A stretch of DNA of 64,000 nucleotides from Synergistota bacterium (GTDB lineage: Bacteria; Synergistota; Synergistia; Synergistales; 79-D21), in contig JALHIN010000002.1 in the NCBI GenBank assembly GCA_022839995.1, positions 44,983 to 108,982 on the forward strand. Reading direction: 5' to 3'. The position numbers were made by a program, and so were the translations under genes. Shown piece by piece: positions 1 to 11,219 of the stretch. How positions within the stretch are numbered: position 1 is the first letter of the stretch; every line of letters begins with the position of its first letter. The notes beneath the pieces were generated by a model that was not told where the DNA came from, made no database searches, and was given only the letters and a program-made list of their open reading frames with translations.

Positions 1-465
1 GGGAAACGAAAGCACCGCGACCGGGGAGACTTCCGATCCGCTCCCGGCTGTCGTAGGGATCATGACCGTCGGGAGCCCCCTTGAGGGTACCCGGTCGTTC
101 CCGGCCAGGTCTTCGATCCGCAGGTCGTGGACGGCCAGGATCGCGGCGATCTTCGTGAAATCCATGGTGCTGCCGCCTCCGAAGCCGATCAACAGGTCGT
201 ATTCTTCTTTTCGAATCCTGTCGGCTGCCCCGACGAGGATTTCCGCAGGCGGTTCCGGGGTCACTTCGCTGAAGATCCCGTAATCGAGCCCGGAGCGCTC
301 GAGCGGCTCCTTCACGGAAGCCAGAAGGGGTGAATTTCCGATGCTCGGCCCGGTTAGGACCAGGGGACGCCGGCAACCGAGGCGCGCTACGTACTCCGCA
401 ACCGTATCAACCGACCCGCTGCCGAACACCACGGTGTTCGGCGCGTTGAAAACGAATCCCTTCAC
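1..465 (-). CDS. Iron-containing (group III) alcohol dehydrogenase family protein, N-terminal 155 codons only; the rest lies beyond the window start
   Basis: Absent from the ORF track because it runs off the edge. Hand translation of the minus strand from GTG at 465 (GGGAGGG 7 nt upstream) gives VKGFVFNAPNTVVFGSGSVD...LIGFGGGSTMDFTKIAA...MIPTTAGSGSEVSP. These are the GGGSxxD and PTTAGxGSE motifs typical of Fe-ADHs. Confidence 0.7.
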   Translation of the reverse strand, partial: MKGFVFNAPNTVVFGSGSVDTVAEYVARLGCRRPLVLTGPSIGNSPLLASVKEPLERSGLDYGIFSEVTPEPPAEILVGAADRIRKEEYDLLIGFGGGSTMDFTKIAAILAVHDLRIEDLAGNDRVPSRGLPTVMIPTTAGSGSEVSPVAVLSFP

Positions 466-484
466 GTTTTTTCCCTCCCGGCAG

Positions 485-2365
485 CTACGCCACGACCTCT
501 TCCGCCCCCGCCTTCCGCGCGGCTTTTTTCCGTGCGTCGTGATTCAGGATCGTCTTCCTGACTCTCACCGAAAGCGGCGTAACCTCAACCAGTTCGTCTT
601 CCGCGATCCATTCCAGGGCCGAGTCAAGGGTCAGCCTCCTGGGGACATCCAGGATGACCGTGTTGTCCTTGGTGGCAGACCGGTGGTTCGTCACATGCTT
701 CTTCTTGGTGGGATTGCAAGGCAGATCGTTGGCCCTGGAATGTTCTCCAACGACCATCCCTTCATACACGCGATCCATCGGGGAAATGAAAAGGGTCCCT
801 CTTTCCTGCAGGTTCTCCAGCTGGTAGCTCGTTGCCTCGCCGGTGTCCATGCTCACCAGGGAACCCCGGTTCCTGCCCGCGACTTCGCCTCGCCACAGGT
901 CGTAGCCGATGAACCGGGAGGACATGATCCCGAGTCCTCGCGTGTCGGTCAGGAATTCGCTCCGGTATCCGATGAGCCCGCGCGTCGGGATGTTGAACTC
1001 CAGCCGCAAAAGCCCGGTTCCAAGGTTCTGGACGCTGGTGAACTCGCCTTTCCGTTTTGAAACTTTCTCGATCACGACTCCCTGGTGTTCCTCCGGGACA
1101 TCGATGATCAGCTGTTCGATCGGTTCCAGGAGGTTTCCCTGCTCATCCCTGGCCGTGATGACTTCCGGCCTTGACACGCAGAATTCCATCCCTTCCCTGC
1201 GCATTTCCTCGATCAGGATTGCCAGGTGCAGTTCACCCCGCCCGGAAACCTTGATCCCGTCCGGTCGGCCGATGTCCTCGACCCGCAGTGCGACGTTGAC
1301 CCGGGCCTCCCGCATCAATCGGTCCCGGATCTGCCTCAGGGTGACGGCACGGCCCTCCTTGCCTGAAAACGGGCCCGTGTTCACCAGGAAAAACATCGAA
1401 ACGGTCGGTTCTTCGATCGTCAGCGGCGGCAGAACGACATCCTGAATTTCCGTGGAGGCCAGTGTGTCGCCTATCCCGATCTCTTCCGGGCCCGCGATCC
1501 ATACGACATCCCCGGCCCCGACCTCTTCGACCTCGACAAGCTGTAGCCCCCGGGAAACCCACAGGTGCGTGACCTTCGCGCTTTCCATCCCGCAGACCTC
1601 CCACTTCTTGCGATCGGGACCCGCCCAGGCGGTACTCGTCCGGAGGATCGGATCGCCGGTGCGTATCCGTCCCTGCAGGACCTTCCCGCAACCGATCCTG
1701 CCGATGTAGTCATTCCAGGCCAACGTGGTGGCCTGGAGGAGAAAGGGTTTTTCCGGGTCCCCCGACGGGGGAGGAACGTTCTCCACGATGGTCTCGAAAA
1801 GGGCATCCATCCCCTTGCGTTCGTCTTTCTCCAGGTCCCGGACAAACCAGCCATGCAGGCCGGATCCGTATAGGACCGGGAAATCCGCCTGTTCCTCGGT
1901 TGCCCCAAGCTCGAAGAACAGGTCGAAGGTCGAGTTCAGGGCATTCTGCACCGAGGCATTCGGCCGGTCAACCTTGTTGACCACGACGATGGGTTTCAAG
2001 CCGGCCTTCAGGGCCCGCATCAGAACGTACCGCGTCTGGGGCATGGGGCCCTCGTTGGCGTCCACAAGCAAAAGGACCGAATCCACCATCGAAAGAACCC
2101 GTTCCACTTCTCCGGAAAAATCTGCGTGCCCGGGGGTGTCGATGATGTTGATCAGGGTGTCTCCCCATTCCACCGAGCAGTGCTTGGCCCGAATCGTGAT
2201 GCCCCTTTCCCGTTCGAGTTCGTTGTTGTCCATGACGCGTTCTTCCACCCGTGCGTTCTCCCGGAAAACGCGCGCGGCCCTGAAAATGGAATCCAGCAAC
2301 GTGGTTTTCCCGTGGTCGATGTGCGCAATGATGGCAACGTTCCTGATTTTCGCGAGGTCTCTCAT
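485..2365 (-). CDS. typA: Translational GTPase TypA/BipA
   Basis: 626-aa ORF. The N-terminus [19 protein letters not shown]...DTPGHADFSGEVER...NKVDRP carries GTPase motifs G1-G4, and length and domain order match BipA. Confidence 0.95.
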   Translation of the reverse strand: MRDLAKIRNVAIIAHIDHGKTTLLDSIFRAARVFRENARVEERVMDNNELERERGITIRAKHCSVEWGDTLINIIDTPGHADFSGEVERVLSMVDSVLLLVDANEGPMPQTRYVLMRALKAGLKPIVVVNKVDRPNASVQNALNSTFDLFFELGATEEQADFPVLYGSGLHGWFVRDLEKDERKGMDALFETIVENVPPPSGDPEKPFLLQATTLAWNDYIGRIGCGKVLQGRIRTGDPILRTSTAWAGPDRKKWEVCGMESAKVTHLWVSRGLQLVEVEEVGAGDVVWIAGPEEIGIGDTLASTEIQDVVLPPLTIEEPTVSMFFLVNTGPFSGKEGRAVTLRQIRDRLMREARVNVALRVEDIGRPDGIKVSGRGELHLAILIEEMRREGMEFCVSRPEVITARDEQGNLLEPIEQLIIDVPEEHQGVVIEKVSKRKGEFTSVQNLGTGLLRLEFNIPTRGLIGYRSEFLTDTRGLGIMSSRFIGYDLWRGEVAGRNRGSLVSMDTGEATSYQLENLQERGTLFISPMDRVYEGMVVGEHSRANDLPCNPTKKKHVTNHRSATKDNTVILDVPRRLTLDSALEWIAEDELVEVTPLSVRVRKTILNHDARKKAARKAGAEEVVA

Positions 2366-2437
2366 CTGACCGATCCTTCCAGATTGAAGTTTTCCCGGCC
2401 TGAACCGGACAAAGGATCATTATACTTCCAAGTGCAC

Positions 2438-2479
2438 AAAAAAAAAGCCGGAAGTTCGGCAAAACGCCGAAGTTCCGGC
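2438..2479 (-). terminator. Rho-independent terminator downstream of wrbA
   Basis: 14-bp stem GCCGGAAGTTCGGC / GCCGAAGTTCCGGC with one central mismatch and loop AAAAC. The A9 run on the + strand is a U-tract on the minus strand, just after the wrbA stop. Confidence 0.6.
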
Positions 2480-2491
2480 CAGTTCCCTGTT

Positions 2492-3130
2492 TTAAAGCTT
2501 TTCCAGGATCTCGACCCTCTTCGGGGCCAGTGCGGCTGCAAGGGAAGCGATGTATTTCCCTTGAAAACGCGCTCCCGCCAGGTCGATCTCCCCGGGGGAA
2601 CGCTCTCCGCTCGTTCCCGCGACCGTCGTCGCCCCGTAGGGACTCCCCCCGACGATCCCCTCGTTGTTCATCTGGCCCTTGAAAGCGTAGGGGAGGCCCG
2701 CGATCACCATTCCGTGGTGGAGCAGGGTCACTTGGAAACTGAGAATCGTCGACTCCTGCCCTCCATGCTGCGTGCCCGTACTGGTGAAAACCCCTCCGAC
2801 CTTCCCGACGAGAGCGCCCCGGACCCAAAGTCCGCCCGTCGCGTCCAGGAACGCTCTCATTTGGGCAGCCATGTTTCCAAAGCGCGTCGGCGTGCCGAAA
2901 ATCACCGCATCGGCTTCCTCCAGGTCCGAAACCGTGGCCACCGGGACATCCTCAAAGGCCTTCTGCGGCTCCAGGGCTCCCATCTTTTCAAGCACTTCCC
3001 TCGGGAGGGTTTCGGGAACCCGCCTGAGGACGACTTCGGTTCCGGGAACTTCGCCGGCCCCCGAAGCGACGGCCTGGGCCATGCGGAACACGTGACCATA
3101 CATCGAATAGAACAGGACGAGAACCTTCAT
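2492..3130 (-). CDS. wrbA: NAD(P)H:quinone oxidoreductase, WrbA-type flavodoxin-like protein
   Basis: [14 protein letters not shown]...[20 protein letters not shown]...GGSPYGATT aligns along its length with E. coli WrbA (from memory). I chose the ATG at 3130 because GGAGGAGGG lies 6 nt upstream; the ORF-track start at 3148 contains that RBS. Confidence 0.9.
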   Translation of the reverse strand: MKVLVLFYSMYGHVFRMAQAVASGAGEVPGTEVVLRRVPETLPREVLEKMGALEPQKAFEDVPVATVSDLEEADAVIFGTPTRFGNMAAQMRAFLDATGGLWVRGALVGKVGGVFTSTGTQHGGQESTILSFQVTLLHHGMVIAGLPYAFKGQMNNEGIVGGSPYGATTVAGTSGERSPGEIDLAGARFQGKYIASLAAALAPKRVEILEKL

Positions 3131-3198
3131 CCCATATCCCTCCTCCATGGCATTTAGCTCCCTACTTCATTTCAATGATAACACAGGAGGGTGTCGAT

Positions 3199-3236
3199 GA
3201 CGGAGGGGAAGGCCCATGGGGACCTTCCCCTCCGTC
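3199..3236 (-). terminator. Strong hairpin downstream of cysS (terminator-like, no clear U-tract)
   Basis: 14-bp perfect stem GACGGAGGGGAAGG / CCTTCCCCTCCGTC. The 10-nt loop CCCATGGGGA is itself partly palindromic. Confidence 0.3.
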
Positions 3237-3262
3237 CATTTCCCGTTTTCGGGCGTTCGCGG

Positions 3263-4678
3263 TCAGATCTGCTTCTTCCAGCGGGTTCCCTGGGGCGTGT
3301 CCTCCAGGATTACGCCTTGTTCAAGGAGTTCCGACCGGATCGCATCGGCCTTCTCGAAATCCTTCCGCTTTTTCGCCTCGGTTCTTTCGCGGACACGACT
3401 TTCGATCTCCTCGTCAGTCAAACCCGATTCCTGTTCCTTTCCGATTCCCAGGACACCGAGGATTTCATCGGCCTCCCTTAGGAAGGCCTCGGCTTCCCGG
3501 AGTTCTTCGAGGGCGGGAAGGGGAGATTCCCGTAAAGCGCTATTGATGGCCTTGACGGCCTCGAAGAGGGCGCCCAGGGCTCCGGCCGTGTTCAGGTCGT
3601 CATCCATCTCTTCCCGGAATCGCACCCTGTTCCTCTGGATCTCCGAAGCCAGGCCCCGCCCCGATTCACCACGGATCGATCCGGCAGCGATCGCCTCCTG
3701 CAAGGCTACCCAGCAGTTTCTCAGGCGCTCGACCGCCGCGGTTGCCTGCCGAAGGGAGTCATCGGAGAAGTTGATCGGGGACCGGTAGTGGGCGCTCAGC
3801 ATGAAAAGGCGGATCGCCAGGGGCGAAAACCGCTTCCGCAATTCCCGGGCCGTGAGGAAGTTCCCCAGGGATTTCGACATCTTCTCGTTGTCCATCAACA
3901 GGTACCCGTTGTGGACCCAGGTCCGGATGAAAGGTTTTCCCGTCGCCGCTTCCGCCTGAGCGATTTCGTTCTCGTGGTGCGGAAAGATGAGGTCGCTTCC
4001 TCCCGCGTGGATATCCGCCGTTTCTCCAAGGTATTTCATCGCCATCGCGCTGCATTCGATGTGCCAGCCAGGCCGCCCCGGACCCCAGGGGCTCTCCCAG
4101 AAGGGCTCGCCCTCTTTTCGGGCTTTCCAGAGGGCAAAATCCAGGGGGTGCCTCTTCCTCTCGTCCACTTCGATCCTGGCCCCCGACTGCAGTTCCTCCA
4201 GCGTTTGCTTCGAGAGCTTTCCATACTCCGGAAAGGTTGCGACCTCGAAATAGACGTCGCCGTCGGCCGTATAGGCGTGCCCGGTTCTGACCAGCCTTTC
4301 CACCAAGTCGAGGATTTCCGGGATATGCTCCGTCGCCTTCGGGTTTACCGTCGCCCTCCGGATTCCCAGGGCATCCGCGTCCTCGTAATAGGCCTCGATG
4401 AACCGGTCGGCCAGTTCTGCGACGGAGATCCCGAGTTCACGGGCCCGTTGGATCATCTTGTCGTCTATATCTGTAAAATTCTGGACGTAAGTGACTTTCA
4501 TTCCCGTGGATTCGAGGTACCGGCGCATCACGTCAAAGACGATGAACGGGCGGGCGTTGCCGATATGGAAAAAGTCGTAGACCGTCGGGCCGCAGACGTA
4601 GAAACGGACTTCTCCCGGGACGAGGGGCACGAATTCTTCTTTCTTCCGGGTCAGGTCGTTGTATAGCTTCATGGGCAT
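3263..4678 (-). CDS. cysS: Cysteine--tRNA ligase
   Basis: 471 aa. Class-I HIGH motif (FHIGNARP) and KMSKS motif (KMSKSLGN), with a typical CysRS N-terminus KLYNDLTRKKEEF. Confidence 0.95.
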   Translation of the reverse strand: MPMKLYNDLTRKKEEFVPLVPGEVRFYVCGPTVYDFFHIGNARPFIVFDVMRRYLESTGMKVTYVQNFTDIDDKMIQRARELGISVAELADRFIEAYYEDADALGIRRATVNPKATEHIPEILDLVERLVRTGHAYTADGDVYFEVATFPEYGKLSKQTLEELQSGARIEVDERKRHPLDFALWKARKEGEPFWESPWGPGRPGWHIECSAMAMKYLGETADIHAGGSDLIFPHHENEIAQAEAATGKPFIRTWVHNGYLLMDNEKMSKSLGNFLTARELRKRFSPLAIRLFMLSAHYRSPINFSDDSLRQATAAVERLRNCWVALQEAIAAGSIRGESGRGLASEIQRNRVRFREEMDDDLNTAGALGALFEAVKAINSALRESPLPALEELREAEAFLREADEILGVLGIGKEQESGLTDEEIESRVRERTEAKKRKDFEKADAIRSELLEQGVILEDTPQGTRWKKQI

Positions 4679-4779
4679 GCACCTCCGAATTCGTTGACTT
4701 GTTGGAGCTATCCTATACTATGCGGGAGGGGTTTTCCAGTTCGGGGAACAGGCACGACCCCCGAAACCGGAGGGATACT

Positions 4780-6243
4780 TTGCCGATCGACAACCTGAAG
4801 GACAAGATCCGAACGCTTCCCAACCGCCCTGGGGTTTACCTGATGCACGACGGCCAGGGGCGCGTGATCTATATCGGAAAGGCAAAATGCCTGAAGAAGC
4901 GGGTTTCCTCCTACCTGCGGCACGGTCGCTTTTCCTCCCCGCGGCTGAAAAAGCTGACCGAGTCCGTTTGCGACCTTTCCTTCATCCGCACGGAATCCGA
5001 GGCGGAAGCCCTGATTGTCGAATCCAGGCTGATCAAGAGGTACCAACCCTTCTTCAACGTCGACCTCAAGATGGGGGAGAGATACCCCTGGATCAAGCTT
5101 ACGAAGGAGCGCTTCCCTCGCATCGAGATCACCCGGGTTCGCGCTGATGACGGTGCGGCCTATTTCGGTCCCTTTACACGCGTGTTTGAATTACGCCAGC
5201 TCCTCCGGCTGATCGAGCGCCATTTCCCCCTGCGAACCTGCCGATCCGGGGAACCGGCTTCCCCGGTACCGGGGAGGCCCTGCGTGAGGCACGCCCTGCA
5301 GCGCTGCCTTGCCCCCTGCGTAGGCAACTGCACGGAAAGCCGGTACTCGGAGGTGGTCGCCGATCTGTCCCTTCTTCTGAGCGGGAAAGCGACCGACCTT
5401 GTCGAACGCCTCCGGGACAGAATGGACCAGGCGGCAGAGGGACTTCACTTCGAAGAGGCCGCGAGGCTAAGGGACACGATTCGTGCGGTCTGGCGGTATA
5501 CCCGCCAGAAACGGAACCGGGTCCTTCCGGAGGACCTGGACAAGGACACCTGGGAGGCTTTCCTCCGGTTGCAATCCCTTCTCCGCCTCGCTTCCGCCCC
5601 TTGGCGGATCGACTGTTTCGACATTTCCCACCTTTCCGGGAAGGAAACCTACGGGGTGGTCGTGGTGTTCGAGCAGGGAGTCCCGAACCCGTCCCTTTAC
5701 CGTAAATTTACGATCCGGGAAGTGGAAGGGGTGGATGACTTCCGATCCATCCAGGAAACACTTCGAAGACGATACCGCCGATCCCTGCAGGGGAATGACC
5801 CCCTTCCCCAGCTGATCGTCATTGACGGGGGAGCCCAGCAGCTGCGTTTTGCCGCCGCAGCCCTGGAAGAACTCGGCCTTGCGGAAATCCCGGCAGTGGC
5901 GCTGGCAAAACAGGAGGAAGCGGTATACACTCTTTTTGACGAGGCCCCGCTCCTGCCGGAAAAAGAGGATCCGGCCCTTCAGCTTCTCCAGAGGTTGAGG
6001 GATGAAGCTCACCGGTTTGCGGTTTCCGCCCATAAAAAAGGCCGGGACAGGAAAAACCGGAGGTCCATCCTGGAGGAAGTCCCTGGGGTCGGGAAAAAGC
6101 GGGCGGCGGCATTGTTGGCAAAGTTCGGGGACCTAGGCAGGATCGCGGCAAAGACACCCGAGGATTTGGCTTGTGCCGTGCCGGGGATGGGAGTCACCGT
6201 GGCCCGAAGGATCATCGACCACCTGGAGGAAGCAGAGAAATGA
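4780..6243 (+). CDS. uvrC: Excinuclease ABC subunit C (compact form)
   Basis: Contains a GIY-YIG domain (PGVYLMHDGQGRVIYIGKAKCLKKRVSSY), a UVR domain (GLHFEEAARLRDTI), an endonuclease domain (RIDCFDISH) and a C-terminal (HhH)2 (VPGVGKKRAAALL). The start is uncertain. TTG at 4780 has GGAGGG 4-5 nt upstream and gives a canonical N-terminal length; alternatives are ATG 4720 and TTG 4699. Confidence 0.85.
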   Translation: MPIDNLKDKIRTLPNRPGVYLMHDGQGRVIYIGKAKCLKKRVSSYLRHGRFSSPRLKKLTESVCDLSFIRTESEAEALIVESRLIKRYQPFFNVDLKMGERYPWIKLTKERFPRIEITRVRADDGAAYFGPFTRVFELRQLLRLIERHFPLRTCRSGEPASPVPGRPCVRHALQRCLAPCVGNCTESRYSEVVADLSLLLSGKATDLVERLRDRMDQAAEGLHFEEAARLRDTIRAVWRYTRQKRNRVLPEDLDKDTWEAFLRLQSLLRLASAPWRIDCFDISHLSGKETYGVVVVFEQGVPNPSLYRKFTIREVEGVDDFRSIQETLRRRYRRSLQGNDPLPQLIVIDGGAQQLRFAAAALEELGLAEIPAVALAKQEEAVYTLFDEAPLLPEKEDPALQLLQRLRDEAHRFAVSAHKKGRDRKNRRSILEEVPGVGKKRAAALLAKFGDLGRIAAKTPEDLACAVPGMGVTVARRIIDHLEEAEK

Positions 6244-7352
6244 AAGAATCCGGCAGGGAAACCGACGAACGGTATATGCGGATGGCCATCAGCCTAGCCG
6301 AGCGGGGTACGGGTTGCGTCAGCCCCAACCCCCGGGTCGGCTGCGTTCTCGTGAAAGACCAGTCGATCGTGGGGTGGGGCTACCACCGGCGCTACGGAGG
6401 TTCCCACGCGGAAATGGAAGCACTTCGAATGGCAGGGAGCCTGGCGGCGGGTGCTACCGCTTATGTTAACCTGGAGCCCTGCTCGCATTTCGGGAAAACG
6501 CCTCCCTGCGCACCTCAGCTTGTGGAAGCGGGAATCGTCCGCGTGGTCGCCGGAATGCGGGATCCAAATCCGCAGGTCAACGGAATGGGCCTTTCCTGCC
6601 TCGAAAAGTCGGGAGTTCAGACCCAAGTCGGAGTTCTCGAGGAAGAGTGCAGGTGGCTCAATCGGGGATTCATCCGCAGGGTAACGTTGAACCGGCCCTG
6701 GGTGACCGTAAAAGCGGCGATGAGCCTCGATGGGGACATCGCCCTCCAGGGCGGTGAGAGCAAATGGATCAGCGGGCCCCTTTCCAGAAGCAAGGCCCAC
6801 CTTCTCCGCTCGGAACACGATGCCGTCCTGGTCGGGGTTGGGACCATCCTTGCGGACGATCCGGAGTTGACGGTAAGGCTCGTGGAAGGGCAGTCCCCCC
6901 TGAGGGTCGTCCTGGATACCCAGTTGAGGACGCCCCCGAAAGCCAGGGTCGTGGGAGACGGGCGATGCCTCGTCCTGGGGTCGGAAACCGCTCCTTCGGA
7001 ACGCGTTTCCGCCCTCGAACAGGAAGGAGCCCGGGTCATCCTCCTGCCTCCTGACGAAAAAACGGGAAGACTCCCGGTTGATCGGGTCCTCGCCACCCTT
7101 GCCTCGGAGGGGGTATCGATGCTCCTGGTCGAAGGGGGGAGTTCAGTGATCAGCGCCTTCATCCAAGCCCGCGCGGTCGACGAATACTCTCTTTTCCTCG
7201 CCCCGACCCTTTTGGGGAGAGGCATCCAGCTGGCCGGCGAGATTTTGCTGGGCAGCATGGAAGAAGCCGTTTCCCTTTCGCCTGCAACGATCAAGCAGGT
7301 CGAGGGAGACCTGTGGCTGGAGGTCAAACCCAAATGTTCACCGGCCTTATAG
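6240..7352 (+). CDS. ribD: Bifunctional riboflavin biosynthesis protein RibD (pyrimidine deaminase/uracil reductase)
   Basis: CMP/dCMP deaminase zinc motif HAEMEAL...PCSHFGKTPPC plus a C-terminal reductase domain. The ATG at 6240 overlaps the uvrC stop (ATGA). Confidence 0.9.
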   Translation: MKESGRETDERYMRMAISLAERGTGCVSPNPRVGCVLVKDQSIVGWGYHRRYGGSHAEMEALRMAGSLAAGATAYVNLEPCSHFGKTPPCAPQLVEAGIVRVVAGMRDPNPQVNGMGLSCLEKSGVQTQVGVLEEECRWLNRGFIRRVTLNRPWVTVKAAMSLDGDIALQGGESKWISGPLSRSKAHLLRSEHDAVLVGVGTILADDPELTVRLVEGQSPLRVVLDTQLRTPPKARVVGDGRCLVLGSETAPSERVSALEQEGARVILLPPDEKTGRLPVDRVLATLASEGVSMLLVEGGSSVISAFIQARAVDEYSLFLAPTLLGRGIQLAGEILLGSMEEAVSLSPATIKQVEGDLWLEVKPKCSPAL

Positions 7353-8002
7353 AGGAAGTGGGGGCGGTCCTCCGGATCTTCCCGGCAGGAGACGTCACGG
7401 AAATGGAAATCCGGGCCCCGGGCATTTCAGCCGGGCTTTGCAAGGGAGCCTCGGTAGCCGTCATGGGAGCTTGCCTGACGGTGACGGCCCTCGGAAGGGA
7501 CTCCTTCACGGTCGAGATGATGGAGGAGACGGTCCGCAAGACGAAACTGGGCAGGCTGAAAACGAATTCTCCGGTCAACCTCGAAAGGGCAATGAGGCTG
7601 GGGGGACGGCTTGACGGCCACCTTGTGACCGGTCATATTGACGGCATCTGTTTTCTCGCCGAAATGGGAGGGCAAGGAAAAACCCGGCTTGCAACCTTCA
7701 CGGCTGAAAGGGAACTCACCCGGATGATCGTCCCGAAAGGCTCCGTTGCCCTGGACGGAGTCAGCCTGACGGTGATCGATTCCGATCCCGTAAGGGGCCT
7801 CTTTTCGGTCGGCCTGATCCCGGAAACCCTCCGGCGGACGACACTCGGCACCCTGGCCGTAAAAGACCCGGTCAATCTCGAAACCGACCTGATTGCGAAA
7901 TACGTCAGGCGCTTTGTCTTGCCTGCGGAAAACGATTCCCGGGGCGGATCGACCAGGGGAGAAATCACTTGGGAAACGCTCCGGGAAAACGGGTGGATCT
8001 AG
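7334..8002 (+). CDS. ribE: Riboflavin synthase
   Basis: Canonical N-terminus MFTGLIEEVG and an internal repeat (GHIDG...SVALDGVSLTV). The start is taken at the MFTG methionine inside ORF 7313-8002. Confidence 0.9.
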   Translation: MFTGLIEEVGAVLRIFPAGDVTEMEIRAPGISAGLCKGASVAVMGACLTVTALGRDSFTVEMMEETVRKTKLGRLKTNSPVNLERAMRLGGRLDGHLVTGHIDGICFLAEMGGQGKTRLATFTAERELTRMIVPKGSVALDGVSLTVIDSDPVRGLFSVGLIPETLRRTTLGTLAVKDPVNLETDLIAKYVRRFVLPAENDSRGGSTRGEITWETLRENGWI

Positions 8003-8027
8003 TTTTCTCCTCAAGGAGGCTTAACGC

Positions 8028-9290
8028 GTGATCTGTAAACCACAAGGATCTCTGTTTCACCCCATCGAAGAAGCCCTGGAAGATATCCGAATGGGCAGGA
8101 TGGTCATCGTCGTCGATGACGAGGACCGGGAAAACGAGGGCGATCTCGTGATGGCGGCGGAGCTGGCCCGCCCCGAAGACATCAATTTCATGATCACCTA
8201 CGCCCGAGGACTTTTGTGCGTTCCGATCACACTCGAACAGGCGCGTAGGCTGAAACTGGACCTCATGGTGAGGGAAAGCTCCGATCCTCACGGGACCGCT
8301 TTCACGGTCAGCGTGGACGCCAGGGAGGGAACAACGACCGGAATCAGCGCCGCAGAAAGGGCCCACACGGCGCGAGTCCTCGCAAGCCCCGACTCCAGGC
8401 CCGAGGACCTGAGGCGTCCCGGCCACGTCTTCCCCCTTGCCGCCAAGAAGGGAGGCGTCCTGAAACGGGCCGGGCATACCGAAGCCGCGGTAGACATGGC
8501 AAGGTTGGCCGGCTTAAACCCGGCCGGAGCGATCTGCGAGATCATGAACGAGGACGGGTCCATGGCCCGGCTGCCGCAATTGCTGGAATTCGCGGACCGT
8601 CACCATCTTCGGATCGTTTCGATCGAAGACCTTATCCGTTATCGCCACATGAGGGACAAGCTCGTCGAGAGGGTAGCCAGCGTCCGCCTCCCGACGCCTT
8701 TCGGAGAATTCGTAGCCCATGCCTACCACTTCGTCCTCGACGAAAACCAGGACTTGCTGCACATCGCCCTCGTCAGGGGCGATGTCGCGGGGCAGGAGAA
8801 CGTCTTGGTCCGCGTCCACTCGGAATGCTTCACCGGGGATGTCCTTGGCTCCCTTCGATGCGACTGCGGGCCACAGCTCCACAAGGCCATGGAAATCGTC
8901 CAGCAGGAAGGACGGGGAGTGGTCCTCTACATGCGGCAGGAAGGACGGGGCATCGGCCTTTTCCACAAGCTGAAAGCCTATGAACTCCAGGAAAAGGGGC
9001 TGGACACCGTGGAAGCGAACGTAGCCCTCGGGTACGATCCAGACCTGAGGGATTATGGCGTGGGAGCCCAGATCCTGGCAGACCTCGGCCTGAAAAGCAT
9101 CCGGATCCTGACGAACAACCCGAGAAAAATCGTCGGGCTCCAGGGTTACGGCCTGAAGATCACGGAAAGAGTACCCCTGGAGGTCGGTGCGAATCCTTTC
9201 AATGCCGTTTACCTCCAGGCAAAGCAGGAAAAGATGGGACACCTCCTGCATCTTGACGAACCCCCGGCCGAGGAAACCGAGGGAGACTAA
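8028..9290 (+). CDS. ribBA: Bifunctional 3,4-dihydroxy-2-butanone-4-phosphate synthase / GTP cyclohydrolase II
   Basis: 420 aa. DHBP synthase half ([13 protein letters not shown]) followed by a GCH-II half ([20 protein letters not shown]). Confidence 0.95.
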   Translation: MICKPQGSLFHPIEEALEDIRMGRMVIVVDDEDRENEGDLVMAAELARPEDINFMITYARGLLCVPITLEQARRLKLDLMVRESSDPHGTAFTVSVDAREGTTTGISAAERAHTARVLASPDSRPEDLRRPGHVFPLAAKKGGVLKRAGHTEAAVDMARLAGLNPAGAICEIMNEDGSMARLPQLLEFADRHHLRIVSIEDLIRYRHMRDKLVERVASVRLPTPFGEFVAHAYHFVLDENQDLLHIALVRGDVAGQENVLVRVHSECFTGDVLGSLRCDCGPQLHKAMEIVQQEGRGVVLYMRQEGRGIGLFHKLKAYELQEKGLDTVEANVALGYDPDLRDYGVGAQILADLGLKSIRILTNNPRKIVGLQGYGLKITERVPLEVGANPFNAVYLQAKQEKMGHLLHLDEPPAEETEGD

Positions 9291-9324
9291 AAAGCCGCAT
9301 TCAGAAGAGGGGAGAGATCAGACA

Positions 9325-11078
<1,754 letters not shown>

Positions 11079-11219
11079 TTGAGAATTAGACGGACTCTTT
11101 CGGTTTCGTGCGGATTTCGTGTTTCGCCTTCGCCCGGCCGACTGCCGTTTATGGTAAAATGTCGCTGAGAACGGCCCTTGGGGGCCTGTTTGGTTGTGCC
11201 TTCAAAAGGGAGGAACCCC

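Noticed and set aside
341-1445. Plus-strand ORFs 341-1060 and 909-1445
   Set aside because: They are antisense to typA, and their sequences are Arg/Pro/Ser-rich and implausible.
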